DNA of 64,000 nt, taken from contig OZ024743.1 of NCBI GenBank assembly GCA_964016885.1, forward strand, positions 139,066,001-139,130,000, written 5' to 3'. Shown here one piece after another: positions 24,501-36,720 of the stretch. The notes under the pieces are model-generated. The model did no database searches and was not told the origin of the DNA. It saw nothing but the letters and a program-made list of their open reading frames with translations. The translations under genes were made by a program, and so were the position numbers. Origin of the DNA: Eledone cirrhosa. Lineage: Eukaryota. Every line of letters begins with the position of its first letter. The first letter of the stretch is position 1.

Positions 24501-27500
24501 TTTTTGGTGTTTGGTGTTTGCTGTATGGTGTTTGCAGTTTTGTGTTTCGTGTTTGCTGTTTGGTGTTTGGTGCTTGGTGCTTGGTGCTTGGTGTTTGGTG
24601 CTTGGTGCTTGGTGCTTGGTGTTTGGCGTTTGCTGTTTGCTGTTTGCTGTTTGGTGTTTGCTGTTTGGTGTTTGCTGTTTGGTGTTTGGTGCTTGGTGCT
24701 TGGTGGCTGGTGTTCGGTGCTTGGTGTTTGGATTTTGGTCCTTGGTGCTTGGTGCCTGGTGTTTCGTGCTTGGTGCTTGGTGCTTGGTGTTTGGTGTTTG
24801 GTGCTTGGTGTTTGGTGTTTGGTATTTGGTGCTGGTGCTTGGTGCTTGGTGTTTGGTGTTTGGTGCTTCGTGCTTGGTGCTTGGTGTTTGGTGCATGGTG
24901 TTGATGTTTGGGGCTTGGTGCCTGGTGCTTGGTGTTTGGTGCTTGGTGTTTGGTGCTTGGTGTTCGGTGCTTGGTGCTTGGTGCTTGGTACTTGGTGTAT
25001 GTACTTGGTGCTTGGTGCTTGGTGCTTGGTGTTTGGTGCTTGGTTCTTGGTGTTTGGTGCTTCGTGCTTGGTGCTTGGTGTTTGGTGCTTGGTGCTTGGT
25101 GTTTGGTGCTTGGTTCTTGGTGTTTGGTGCTTCGTGCTTGGTGCTTGGTGTTTGGTGCTTGGTGCTTGGTGTTTGGTGCTTGGTGTTTGGTGTTTGGTGC
25201 TTGGTGTTTGGTACTTGGTGCTTGGTGCTTGGTGTTAAGTGTTTGGTGCTTGGTGCTTGGTGTTTGGTGCTTCGTGCTTGGTGCTTGGTGTTTGGTGCAT
25301 CGTGCTTGGTGTTTGAGGCTTGGTGCCTGGTGCTTTGTGTTTGGTGCTAGGTGCTTGGTGCTTGGTCTTTGGTGTTTGGTGCTTGGTGCTTGGTGCTTGG
25401 TGTTTGGTGCTTGGTGCTTGGTGCTTGGTTATTAGTGTTTGGTGCTTGGTGCTTGGGGTTTGGTGTTTGGGGCTTGGTGCTTGGTGTTTGGTGTTTGCTG
25501 TATGGTGTTTGCTGTTTCGTGTTTGGTGTTTGCTGTTTGGTGTTTAATGCTTGGTGCTTGGTTCTTGGTGTTTGGTGCTTGGTGCTTGGTGCTTGGTGCT
25601 TGGCGTTTGCTCTTTGCTGTTTGGTGTTTGGTGCTTGCTGTTTGGTGTTTGGTGTTTGGTGTTTGGTGTTTGGTGCTTGCTGTTTGGTGCTTGGTGCTTG
25701 GTGTTTGGTCTTTGGTGTTTGGTTCTTGGTGCTTGGTGTTTGGTGCTTGGTGCTTGGTGCTGGGTGTTTGGTGCTTGGTGCTTGGTGTTTGGTGCTTGGT
25801 GCTTGGTGTTTGGTACTTGGTGCTTGGTGTTTGGTGTTTGGTGCTTGCTGTTTGGTGTTTGGTGCTTGCTGTTTGGTGTTTGGTGTTTGGTGTTTGGTGT
25901 TTGGTGCTTGCTGTTTGGTGCTTGGTGTTTGGTGCTTGGTGTATGTACTTGGTGCTTGGTGCTTGGTGTTTGGTGCTTGGTTCTTGGTGTTTGGTGCTTG
26001 GTGCTTGGTGCTTGGTGTTTGGTGCTTGGTGCTTGGTGTTTGGTACTTGGTGCTTGGTGTTTGGTGTTTGGTGCTTCGTGCTTGGTGCTTGGTGTTTGGG
26101 GCTTGGTGCCTGGTGCTTGGTGTTTGGTGCTTGGTGCTTGGTGCTTGGTGTTTGGTGTTTGGTGCTTGGTGCTTGGTGTTTGGTGCTTGGTGTTTGGTGC
26201 TTGGTGTATGTACTTGGTGCTTGGTGCTTGGTGTTTGGTGCTTGGTTCTTGGTGTTTGGTGCTTGGTGCTTGGTGCTTGGTGCTTGGTGTTTGGTGCTTG
26301 GTGTTAAGTGTTTGGTGCTTGGTGCTTGGTGTTTGGTGTTTGGTGCTTCGTGCTTGGTGCTTGGTGTTTGGTGCATGGTGCTTGATGTTTGGGGCTTGGT
26401 GCCTGGTGCTTGGTGTTTGGTGCTTGGTGCTTGGTGCTTGGTGTTTGGTGTTTGGTGCTTGGTGCTTGGTGTTTGGTGCTTGGTGTTTGGTGCTTGGTGT
26501 TCGGTGCTTGGTGCTTGGTGCTTGGTACTTGGTGTTAGGTTTTTGGTGCTTGGGGCTTGGTGTTTCATGTTTGGTCCTTGGTGCTTGGTGTTTGGTGTTT
26601 GGTGCTTGGTGCTTGGTGTTTCGTGTTTGGTGCTTGCTGCTTGCTGCTTGGTGTTTGGTGCTTGGTGATTGGTGCTTGGTGTTTGGTGCTTGGTGATTGG
26701 TGCTTGGTGTTTGGTGTTTGGTGCTAGGTGCTTGGTGCTTGGTGTTTGGTGCTTGGTGCTTGGTGTTTGGTGTTTGGTGCTTGGTGCTTGGGGCTTGGTG
26801 TTTGGTGCTTGCTGCTTGGTGTTTGGTGCTTGCTGCTTGGTGTTTGGTGTTTGGTGTTTGGTGCTTGGTGTTTGGTGCTTGGTGCTTGGTGCTTGGTGTT
26901 AAGTGTTTGGTGCTTGGTGCTTGGTGGTTGGTGCTTCGTGCTTGGTGCTTGGTGTTTGGTGCATGGTGCTTGATGTTTGGGGCTTGGTGCCTGGTGCTTG
27001 GTGTTTGGTGCTTGGTGCTTGGTGCTTGGTGTTTGGTGTTTGGTGATTGGTGCTTGGTGTTTGGTGCTTGGTGTTTGGTGCTTGGTGTTCGGTGCTTGGT
27101 GCTTGGTGCTTGGTACTTGGTGTTAGGTTTTTGGTGCTTGGGGCTTGGTGTTTGATGTTTGGTGCTTGGTGCTTGGTGTTTCGTGTTTGGTGCTTGCTGC
27201 TTGCTGCTTGGTGTTTGGTGCTTGGTGATTGGTGCTTGGTGTTTGGGGCTTGGTGGTTGGTGCTTGGTGTTTGGTGTTTGGTGCTAGGTGCTTGGTGCTT
27301 GGTGTTTGGTGCTTGGTGCTTGGTGTTTGGTGTTTGGTGCTTGGTGCTTGGGGCTTGGTGTTTGGTGCTTGCTGCTTGGTGTTTGGTGCTTGCTGCTTGG
27401 TGTTTGGTGTTTGGTGTTTGGTGCTTGCTGTTTGGTGCTTGGTGCTTGGTGCTGGGTGGTTGATGTTTGGTGCTTGGTGCTTGGTGTTTGGTGCTTGGTG

Positions 27501-30500
27501 CTTGGTGCTTATTGTTTGGTGCTTGGTGCTTGGTGCTTGGTGCTTGGTCTTTGGTGCTTGGTGTTTGGTGTTTGGTGTTTGGTGTTTGTGCTTGGTGCTT
27601 GGTGCTTGGTGTTTGGTGCTAGGTGCTTAACGCTTGGTGTTTGGTGCTTGGTGCTTGGTGCTTGGTGATTAGTGTTTGGTGCTTGGTGCTTGGGGTTTGG
27701 TGTTTTGTGTTTGCTGTTTGGTGTATGCGGTTTGGTGTCTGCTTTTTGGTGTTTGGTGTTTGGTGTATGGTGTTTGCAGTTTTGTGTTTCGTGTTTGCTG
27801 TTTGGTGTTTGGTGCTTGGTGCTTGGTGCTTGGTGTTTGGTGCTTGGTGCTTGGTGCTTGGTGTTTGGCGTTTGCTGTTTGCTGTTTGCTGTTTGGTGTT
27901 TGCTGTTTGGTGTTTGCTGTTTGGTGTTTGGTGCTTGGTGCTTGGTGGCTGGTGTTCGGTGCTTGGTGTTTGGATTTTGGTCCTTGGTGCTTGGTGCCTG
28001 GTGTTTCGTGCTTGGTGCTTGGTGCTTGGTGTTTGGTGTTTGGTGCTTGGTGTTTGGTGTTTGGTATTTGGTGCTTGGTGCTTGGTGCTTGGTGTTTGGT
28101 GTTTGGTGCTTCGTGCTTGGTGCTTGGTGTTTGGTGCATGGTGCTTGATGTTTGGGGCTTGGTGCCTGGTGCTTGGTGTTTGGTGCTTGGTGTTTGGTGC
28201 TTGGTGTTCGGTGCTTGGTGCTTGGTGCTTGGTACTTGGTGTATGTACTTGGTGCTTGGTGCTTGGTGTTTGGTGCTTGGTTCTTGGTGTTTGGTGCTTC
28301 GTGCTTGGTGCTTGGTGTTTGGTGCTTGGTGCTTGGTGTTTGGTGCTTGGTTCTTGGTGTTTGGTGCTTCGTGCTTGGTGCTTGGTGTTTGGTGCTTGGT
28401 GTTTGGTGCTTGGTGTTTGGTGTTTGGTGCTTGGTGTTTGGTACTTGGTGCTTGGTGCTTGGTGTTAAGTGTTTGGTGCTTGGTGCTTGGTGTTTGGTGC
28501 TTCGTGCTTGGTGCTTGGTGTTTGGTGCATGGTGCTTGGTGTTTGAGGCTTGGTGCCTGGTGCTTTGTGTTTGGTGCTAGGTGCTTGGTGCTTGGTCTTT
28601 GGTGTTTGGTGCTTGGTGCTTGGTGCTTGGTGTTTGGTGCTTGGTGCTTGGTGCTTGGTTATTAGTGTTTGGTGCTTGGTGCTTGGGGTTTGGTGTTTGG
28701 GGCTTGGTGCTTGGTGTTTGGTGTTTGCTGTATGGTGTTTGCTGTTTCGTGTTTGGTGTTTGCTGTTTGGTGTTTAATGCTTGGTGCTTGGTTCTTGGTG
28801 TTTGGTGCTTGGTGCTTGGTGCTTGGTGCTTGGCGTTTGCTCTTTGCTGTTTGGTGTTTGGAGCTTGCTGTTTGGTGTTTGGTGTTTGGTGTTTGGTGTT
28901 TGGTGCTTGCTGTTTGGTGCTTGGTGCTTGGTGTTTGGTCTTTGGTGTTTGGTTCTTGGTGCTTGGTGTTTGGTGCTTGGTGCTTGGTGCTGGGTGTTTG
29001 GTGCTTGGTGCTTGGTGTTTGGTGCTTGGTGCTTGGTGTTTGGTACTTGGTGCTTGGTGTTTGGTGTTTGGTGCTTGCTGTTTGGTGTTTGGTTCTTGCT
29101 GTTTGGTGCTTGGTGCTTGGTGTTTGGTCTTTGGTGTTTGGTGCTTGGTGCTTGGTGTTTGGTGCTTGGTGCTTGGTGTTTGGTACTTGGTGCTTGGTGT
29201 TTGGTGTTTGGTGTTTGGTGTTTGGTGTTTGGTGCTTGCTGTTTGGTGCTTGGTGTTTGGTACTTGGTGTATGTACTTGGTGCTTGGTGCTTGGTGTTTG
29301 GTGCTTGGTTCTTGGTGTTTGGTGCTTGGTGCTTGGTGCTTGGTGTTTGGTGCTTGGTGCTTGGTGTTTGGTACTTGGTGCTTGGTGTTTGGTGTTTGGT
29401 GCTTCGTGCTTGGTGCTTGGTGTTTGGGGCTTGGTGCCTGGTGCTTGGTGTTTGGTGCTTGGTGCTTGGTGCTTGGTGTTTGGTGTTTGGTGCTTGGTGC
29501 TTGGTGTTTGGTGCTTGGTGTTTGGTGCTTGGTGTATGTACTTGGTGCTTGGTGCTTGGTGTTTGGTGCTTGGTTCTTGGTGTTTGGTGCTTGGTGCTTG
29601 GTGTTTGATGCTTGGTGTTAAGTGTTTGGTGCTTGGTGCTTGGTGTTTGGTGCTTCGTGCTTGGTGCTTGGTGTTTGGTGCATGGTGCTTGATGTTTGGG
29701 GCTTGGTGCCTGGTGCTTGGTGTTTGGTGCTTGGTGCTTGGTGCTTGGTGTTTGGTGTTTGGTGCTTGGTGCTTGGTGTTTGGTGCTTGGTGTTTGGTGC
29801 TTGGTGTTCGGTGCTTGGTGCTTGGTGCTTGGTACTTGGTGTTAGGTTTTTGGTGCTTGGGGCTTGGTGTTTCATGTTTGGTCCTTGGTGCTTGGTGTTT
29901 GGTGTTTGGTGCTTGGTGCTTGGTGTTTCGTGTTTGGTGCTTGCTGCTTGCTGCTTGGTGTTTGGTGCTTGGTGATTGGTGCTTGGTGTTTGGTGCTTGG
30001 TGATTGGTGCTTGGTGTTTGGTGTTTGGTGCTAGGTGCTTGGTGCTTGGTGTTTGGTGCTTGGTGCTTGGTGTTTGGTGTTTGGTGCTTGGTGCTTGGGG
30101 CTTGGTGTTTGGTGCTTGCTGCTTGGTGTTTGGTGCTTGCTGCTTGGTGTTTGGTGTTTGGTGTTTGGTGCTTGGTGTTTGGTGCTTGGTGCTTGGTGCT
30201 TGGTGTTAAGTGTTTGGTGCTTGGTGCTTGGTGGTTGGTGCTTCGTGCTTGGTGCTTGGTGTTTGGTGCATGGTGCTTGATGTTTGGGGCTTGGTGCCTG
30301 GTGCTTGGTGTTTGGTGCTTGGTGCTTGGTGCTTGGTGTTTGGTGTTTGGTGATTGGTGCTTGGTGTTTGGTGCTTGGTGTTTGGTGCTTGGTGTTCGGT
30401 GCTTGGTGCTTGGTGCTTGGTACTTGGTGTTAGGTTTTTGGTGCTTGGGGCTTGGTGTTTGATGTTTGGTCCTTGGTGCTTGGTGTTTGGTGTTTGCTGC

Positions 30501-32500
30501 TTGGTGCTTGGTGTTTCGTGTTTGGTGCTTGCTGCTTGCTGCTTGGTGTTTGGTGCTTGGTGATTGGTGCTTGGTGTTTGGTGCTTGGTGGTTGGTGCTT
30601 GGTGTTTGGTGTTTGGTGCTAGGTGCTTGGTGCTTGGTGTTTGGTGCTTGGTGCTTGGTGTTTGGTGTTTGGTGCTTGGGGCTTGGGGCTTGGTGTTTGG
30701 TGCTTGCTGCTTGGTGTTTGGTGCTTGCTGCTTGGTGTTTGGTGTTTGGGGTTTGGTGCTTGGTGTTTGGTGCTTGGTGCTTGGTGCTGGGTGGTTGATG
30801 TTTGGTGCTTGGTGCTTGGTGTTTGGTGCTTGGTGCTTGGTGCTTATTGTTTGGTGCTTGGTGCTTGGTGCTTGGTGCTTGGTCTTTGGTGCTTGGTGTT
30901 TGGTGTTTGGTGTTTGGTGTTTGTGCTTGGTGCTTGGTGCTTGGTGTTTGGTGCTAGGTGCTTAACGCTTGGTGTTTGGTGCTTGGTGCTTGGTGCTTGG
31001 TGATTAGTGTTTGGTGCTTGGTGCTTGGGGTTTGGTGTTTTGTGTTTGCTGTTTTGTGTATGCGGTTTGGTGTCTGCTTTTTGGTGTTTGGTGTTTGCTG
31101 TATGGTGTTTGCAGTTTTGTGTTTCGTGTTTGCTGTTTGGTGTTTGGTGCTTGGTGCTTGGTGCTTGGTGTTTGGTGCTTGGTGCTTGGTGCTTGGTGTT
31201 TGGCGTTTGCTGTTTGCTGTTTGCTGTTTGGTGTTTGCTGTTTGGTGTTTGCTGTTTGGTGTTTGGTGCTTGGTGCTTGGTGGCTGGTGTTCGGTGCTTG
31301 GTGTTTGGATTTTGGTCCTTGGTGCTTGGTGCCTGGTGTTTCGTGCTTGGTGCTTGGTGCTTGGTGTTTGGTGTTTGGTGCTTGGTGTTTGGTGTTTGGT
31401 ATTTGGTGCTGGTGCTTGGTGCTTGGTGTTTGGTGTTTGGTGCTTCGTGCTTGGTGCTTGGTGTTTGGTGCATGGTGTTGATGTTTGGGGCTTGGTGCCT
31501 GGTGCTTGGTGTTTGGTGCTTGGTGTTTGGTGCTTGGTGTTCGGTGCTTGGTGCTTGGTGCTTGGTACTTGGTGTATGTACTTGGTGCTTGGTGCTTGGT
31601 GCTTGGTGTTTGGTGCTTGGTTCTTGGTGTTTGGTGCTTCGTGCTTGGTGCTTGGTGTTTGGTGCTTGGTGCTTGGTGTTTGGTGCTTGGTTCTTGGTGT
31701 TTGGTGCTTCGTGCTTGGTGCTTGGTGTTTGGTGCTTGGTGCTTGGTGTTTGGTGCTTGGTGTTTGGTGTTTGGTGCTTGGTGTTTGGTACTTGGTGCTT
31801 GGTGCTTGGTGTTAAGTGTTTGGTGCTTGGTGCTTGGTGTTTGGTGCTTCGTGCTTGGTGCTTGGTGTTTGGTGCATCGTGCTTGGTGTTTGAGGCTTGG
31901 TGCCTGGTGCTTTGTGTTTGGTGCTAGGTGCTTGGTGCTTGGTCTTTGGTGTTTGGTGCTTGGTGCTTGGTGCTTGGTGTTTGGTGCTTGGTGCTTGGTG
32001 CTTGGTTATTAGTGTTTGGTGCTTGGTGCTTGGGGTTTGGTGTTTGGGGCTTGGTGCTTGGTGTTTGGTGTTTGCTGTATGGTGTTTGCTGTTTCGTGTT
32101 TGGTGTTTGCTGTTTGGTGTTTAATGCTTGGTGCTTGGTTCTTGGTGTTTGGTGCTTGGTGCTTGGTGCTTGGTGCTTGGCGTTTGCTCTTTGCTGTTTG
32201 GTGTTTGGTGCTTGCTGTTTGGTGTTTGGTGTTTGGTGTTTGGTGTTTGGTGCTTGCTGTTTGGTGCTTGGTGCTTGGTGTTTGGTCTTTGGTGTTTGGT
32301 TCTTGGTGCTTGGTGTTTGGTGCTTGGTGCTTGGTGCTGGGTGTTTGGTGCTTGGTGCTTGGTGTTTGGTGCTTGGTGCTTGGTGTTTGGTACTTGGTGC
32401 TTGGTGTTTGGTGTTTGGTGCTTGCTGTTTGGTGTTTGGTGCTTGCTGTTTGGTGTTTGGTGTTTGGTGTTTGGTGTTTGGTGCTTGCTGTTTGGTGCTT
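18560..32500 (+). repeat. Array of ~3.2-3.3 kb higher-order monomers (~4 copies) organised as a ~6.5 kb dimer
   Basis: The private variant TTTCATG has its A at 20060, 23381, 26567 and 29874 (spacings 3321, 3186, 3307). ORFs 20162/23483/26669/29976 have the same translation. Alternate monomers share private variants. Confidence 0.9.
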
Positions 32501-33379
32501 GGTGATTGGTGCTTGGTGTTTGGGGCTTGGTGGTTGGTGCTTGGTGTTTGGTGTTTGGTGCTAGGTGCTTGGTGCTTGGTGTTTGGTGCTTGGTGCTTGG
32601 TGTTTGGTGTTTGGTGCTTGGTGCTTGGGGCTTGGTGTTTGGTGCTTGCTGCTTGGTGTTTGGTGCTTGCTGCTTGGTGTTTGGTGTTTGGTGTTTGGTG
32701 CTTGCTGTTTGGTGCTTGGTGCTTGGTGCTGGGTGGTTGATGTTTGGTGCTTGGTGCTTGGTGTTTGGTGCTTGGTGCTTGGTGCTTATTGTTTGGTGCT
32801 TGGTGCTTGGTGCTTGGTGCTTGGTCTTTGGTGCTTGGTGTTTGGTGTTTGGTGTTTGGTGTTTGTGCTTGGTGCTTGGTGCTTGGTGTTTGGTGCTAGG
32901 TGCTTAACGCTTGGTGTTTGGTGCTTGGTGCTTGGTGCTTGGTGATTAGTGTTTGGTGCTTGGTGCTTGGGGTTTGGTGTTTTGTGTTTGCTGTTTGGTG
33001 TATGCGGTTTGGTGTCTGCTTTTTGGTGTTTGGTGTTTGCTGTATGGTGTTTGCAGTTTTGTGTTTCGTGTTTGCTGTTTGGTGTTTGGTGCTTGGTGCT
33101 TGGTGCTTGGTGTTTGGTGCTTGGTGCTTGGTGCTTGGTGTTTGGCGTTTGCTGTTTGCTGTTTGCTGTTTGGTGTTTGCTGTTTGGTGTTTGCTGTTTG
33201 GTGTTTGGTGCTTGGTGCTTGGTGGCTGGTGTTTGGTGCTTGGTGTTTGGATTTTGGTCCTTGGTGCTTGGTGCCTGGTGTTTCGTGCTTGGTGCTTGGT
33301 GCTTGGTGTTTGGTGTTTGGTGCTTGGTGTTTGGTGTTTGGTATTTGGTGCTTGGTGCTTGGTGCTTGGTGTTTGGTGC

Positions 33380-36300
33380 TTGGTGCTTGGTGCTTGGTGT
33401 TTGATGCTGCGTGCTTGGTGTTTGGTGTTTGGTGCTTGGTGCTTGGTGTTTGGTGATTGGAGCTTGGTGCCTGGTGCTTGTTGTTTGGTGCCTGGTGCTT
33501 GTTGTTTGGTGTTTGGTGCTTGGTGCTTGGTGTTTGGTGCTTGGTGCTTGGTGCTTGGTGTTTGGTGCTTGGTGCTTGGTGTTTGGTGCTTGGTGCTTGG
33601 TGCTTGGTGCTTGGTGTTAGGTGTTTGGTGCTTGGTGCTTGGTGTTTGATGTTTGGTCTTTGGTGCTTGGTGTTTGTTGTTTGGTGCTTGGTGCTTGGTG
33701 TTTGGTGTTTGGTGCTTGCTGCTTGGTGCTTGGTGTTTGGTGCTTGGTGTTTGGTGTTTGGTGTTTGGTGCTTGGTGCTTGGTGTTTGGTGCTTGCTGCT
33801 TGCTGCTTGGGTTTTGGTGCTTGGTGATTGGTGCTTGGTGTTTTGCGCTTGGTGCTTGGTGTTTGGTGTTTGGTGTTTGGTGCTTGGTGCTTGGTGCTTG
33901 GTGCTTGGTGTTTGGTGCTGCGTGCTTGGTGTTTGGTGTCTGGAGTTTGGTGCTTGGTGCTTGGTGCCTGGTGTTTCGTGCTTGGTGCTTGGTGCTTGGT
34001 GTTTGGTGTTTGGTGCTTGGTGTTTGGTGTTTGGTACTTGGTGTTTGGTGCTTGGTGCCTGGTGCTTGGTGTTTGGTGCTTGGTGTTTTGTGCTTGATGC
34101 TTGGTGTTTGTTGTTTGGTGCTAGGGGCTTAGTGCTTGGTGCTTGGTGTTTGGTGCTTGGTGCTTGCTGTTTGGTGTTTGGTGCTTGGTGCGTGGGACTT
34201 AGTGTTTGGTGTTTGGTGCTTGGTGTTTGGTGCTTGGTGTTTGGTGCTTGGTGTTTGGGGCTTGGTGTTCGATGCTTGGTGCCTGGTGCTTGGGGCTTGG
34301 TGTTTGGTGTTTGGTGCTTGGTGCTTGGTGTTTGATGTTGGGTGCTTGGTGCTTGGTGTTTGGTGGTTGGTGCTTGGTGTTTGGTGTTTGGTGCTTGGTG
34401 CTTGGTGTTGGTGTTTGGTGCTTGGTGCTTGGGGATTGGTGTTTGGTGCTTGGTGCTTGGTGTTTGGTGTTTGGTGCTTGGTGCTTGTGGCTTGGTGTTT
34501 GGTGCTTGGTGCTTTGTGCTTGGTGTTTAGTGTTTGGTGTTTGGTGCTTGGTGTTTGGTGCTTGGTGCTTGGTGCTGGGTGGTTGGTGTTTGGTGCTTGG
34601 TGCTTGGTGTTTGGTGCTTGGTGCTTGGTGCTTGTTGTTTGGTGCTTGGTGCTTGGTGCTTGGTCTTTGGTGCTTGGAGTTTGGTGGTTGGTGCTTGGTG
34701 CTTGGTGTTTGGTGTTTGGTGTTTGCTGTTTGGTGTTTGCTGTTTCGTATTTGGTGCTTGGTGTTTCGTGCTTGGTGTCTAGTGTTTGGGTTTTGGTGTT
34801 TGGTGCTTGGTGCTTAGTGTTTGGTGTTTGTGCTTGGTGGTTGGTGTTTGGTGTTTGGTGCTTGGTGTTTGGTGCTTGGTGCATTGTGCCTGCTGTTTGG
34901 TGCTGGGTGTATGGTGTTTGGTGCTTGGTGCTTGGTGCTTGGTGTTTGATGCTGCGTGCTTGGTGTTTGGTGTTTGGTGCTTGGTGCTTGGTGTTTGGTG
35001 ATTGGAGCTTGGTGCCTGGTGCTTGTTGTTTGGTGCCTGGTGCTTGTTGTTTGGTGTTTGGTGCTTGGTGCTTGGTGTTTGGTGCTTGGTGCTTGGTGCT
35101 TGGTGTTTGGTGCTTGGTGCTTGGTGTTTGGTGCTTGGTGCTTGGTGCTTGGTGCTTGGTGTTAGGTGTTTGGTGCTTGGTGCTTGGTGTTTGATGTTTG
35201 GTCCTTGGTGCTTGGTGTTTGGTGTTTGGTGCTTGGTGCTTGGTGTTTGGTGTTTGGTGCTTGCTGCTTGGTGCTTGGTGTTTGGTGCTTGGTGTTTGGT
35301 GTTTGGTGTTTGGTGCTTGGTGCTTGGTGTTTGGTGCTTGCTGCTTGCTGCTTGGGTTTTGGTGCTTGGTGATTGGTGCTTGGTGTTTTGCGCTTGGTGC
35401 TTGGTGTTTGGTGTTTGGTGTTTGGTGCTTGGTGCTTGGTGCTTGGTGCTTGGTGTTTGGTGCTGCGTGCTTGGTGTTTGGTGTCTGGAGTTTGGTGCTT
35501 GGTGCTTGGTGCCTGGTGTTTCGTGCTTGGTGCTTGGTGCTTGGTGTTTGGTGTTTGGTGCTTGGTGTTTGGTGTTTGGTACTTGGTGTTTGGTGCTTGG
35601 TGCCTGGTGCTTGGTGTTTGGTGCTTGGTGCTTGGTGTTTGGTGATTGGTGCTTGGTGTTTGGTGATTGGTGCTTGATGCTTGGTGCTTGGTGTTAGGTG
35701 TTTGGTGCTTGGTGCTTGGTGTTTGATGTTTGGTCCTTGGTGCTTGGTGTTTGGTGTTTGGTGCTTGGTGCTTGTTGTTTGGTGTTTGGTGCTTGCTGCT
35801 TGCTGCTTGGTGTTTGTTGCTTGGTGTTTTGTGCTTGATGCTTGGTGTTTGTTGTTTGGTGCTAGGGGCTTAGTGCTTGGTGCTTGGTGTTTGGTGCTTG
35901 GTGCTTGCTGATTGGTGTTTGGTGCTTGGTGCGTGGGACTTAGTGTTTGGTGTTTGGTGCTTGGTGTTTGGTGCTTGGTGTTTGGTGCTTGGTGTTTGGG
36001 GCTTGGTGTTCGGTGCTTGGTGCCTGGTGCTTGGGGCTTGGTGTTTGGTGTTTGGTGCTTGGTGCTTGGTGTTTGATGTTGGGTGCTTGGTGCTTGGTGT
36101 TTGGTGTTTGGTGCTTGGTGTTTGGTGTTTGGTGCTTGGTGCTTGGTGTTGGTGTTTGGTGCTTGGTGCTTGGGGATTGGTGTTTGGTGCTTGGTGCTTG
36201 GTGTTTGGTGTTTGGTGCTTGGTGCTTGGGGCTTGGTGTTTGGTGCTTGGTGCTTTGTGCTTGGTGTTTAGTGTTTGGTGTTTGGTGCTTGGTGTTTGGT

Positions 36301-36720
36301 GCTTGGTGCTTGGTGCTGGGTGGTTGGTGTTTGGTGCTTGGTGCTTGGTGTTTGGTGCTTGGTGCTTGGTGCTTGTTGTTTGGTGCTTGGTGCTTGGTGC
36401 TTGGTCTTTGGTGCTTGGAGTTTGGTGGTTGGTGCTTGGTGCTTGGTGTTTGGTGTTTGGTGTTTGCTGTTTGGTGTCTGCTTTTTGGTATTTAGTGTTT
36501 GCTGTATGGTGTTTGCTGTTTCGTATTTGGTGCTTGGTGTTTCGTGCTTGGTGTCTAGTGTTTGGGTTTTGGTGTTTGGTGCTTGGTGCTTAGTGTTTGG
36601 TGTTTGTGCTTGGTGGTTGGTGTTTGGTGTTTGGTGCTTGGTGTTTGGTGCTTGGTGCATTGTGCCTGCTGTTTGGTGCTGGGTGTATGGTGTTTGGTGC
36701 TTGGTGCTTGGTGCTTGGTG
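33380..36720 (+). repeat. Imperfect tandem duplication, offset 1,545 rising to 1,741-1,776 bp
   Basis: ORF pairs 33411/34956, 33621/35166 and 33828/35373 (1545), 34136/35877 (1741) and 34786/36562 (1776). The shared rare variants GGGGATTGG and GCATTGTGCC occur in both copies. Confidence 0.85.
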
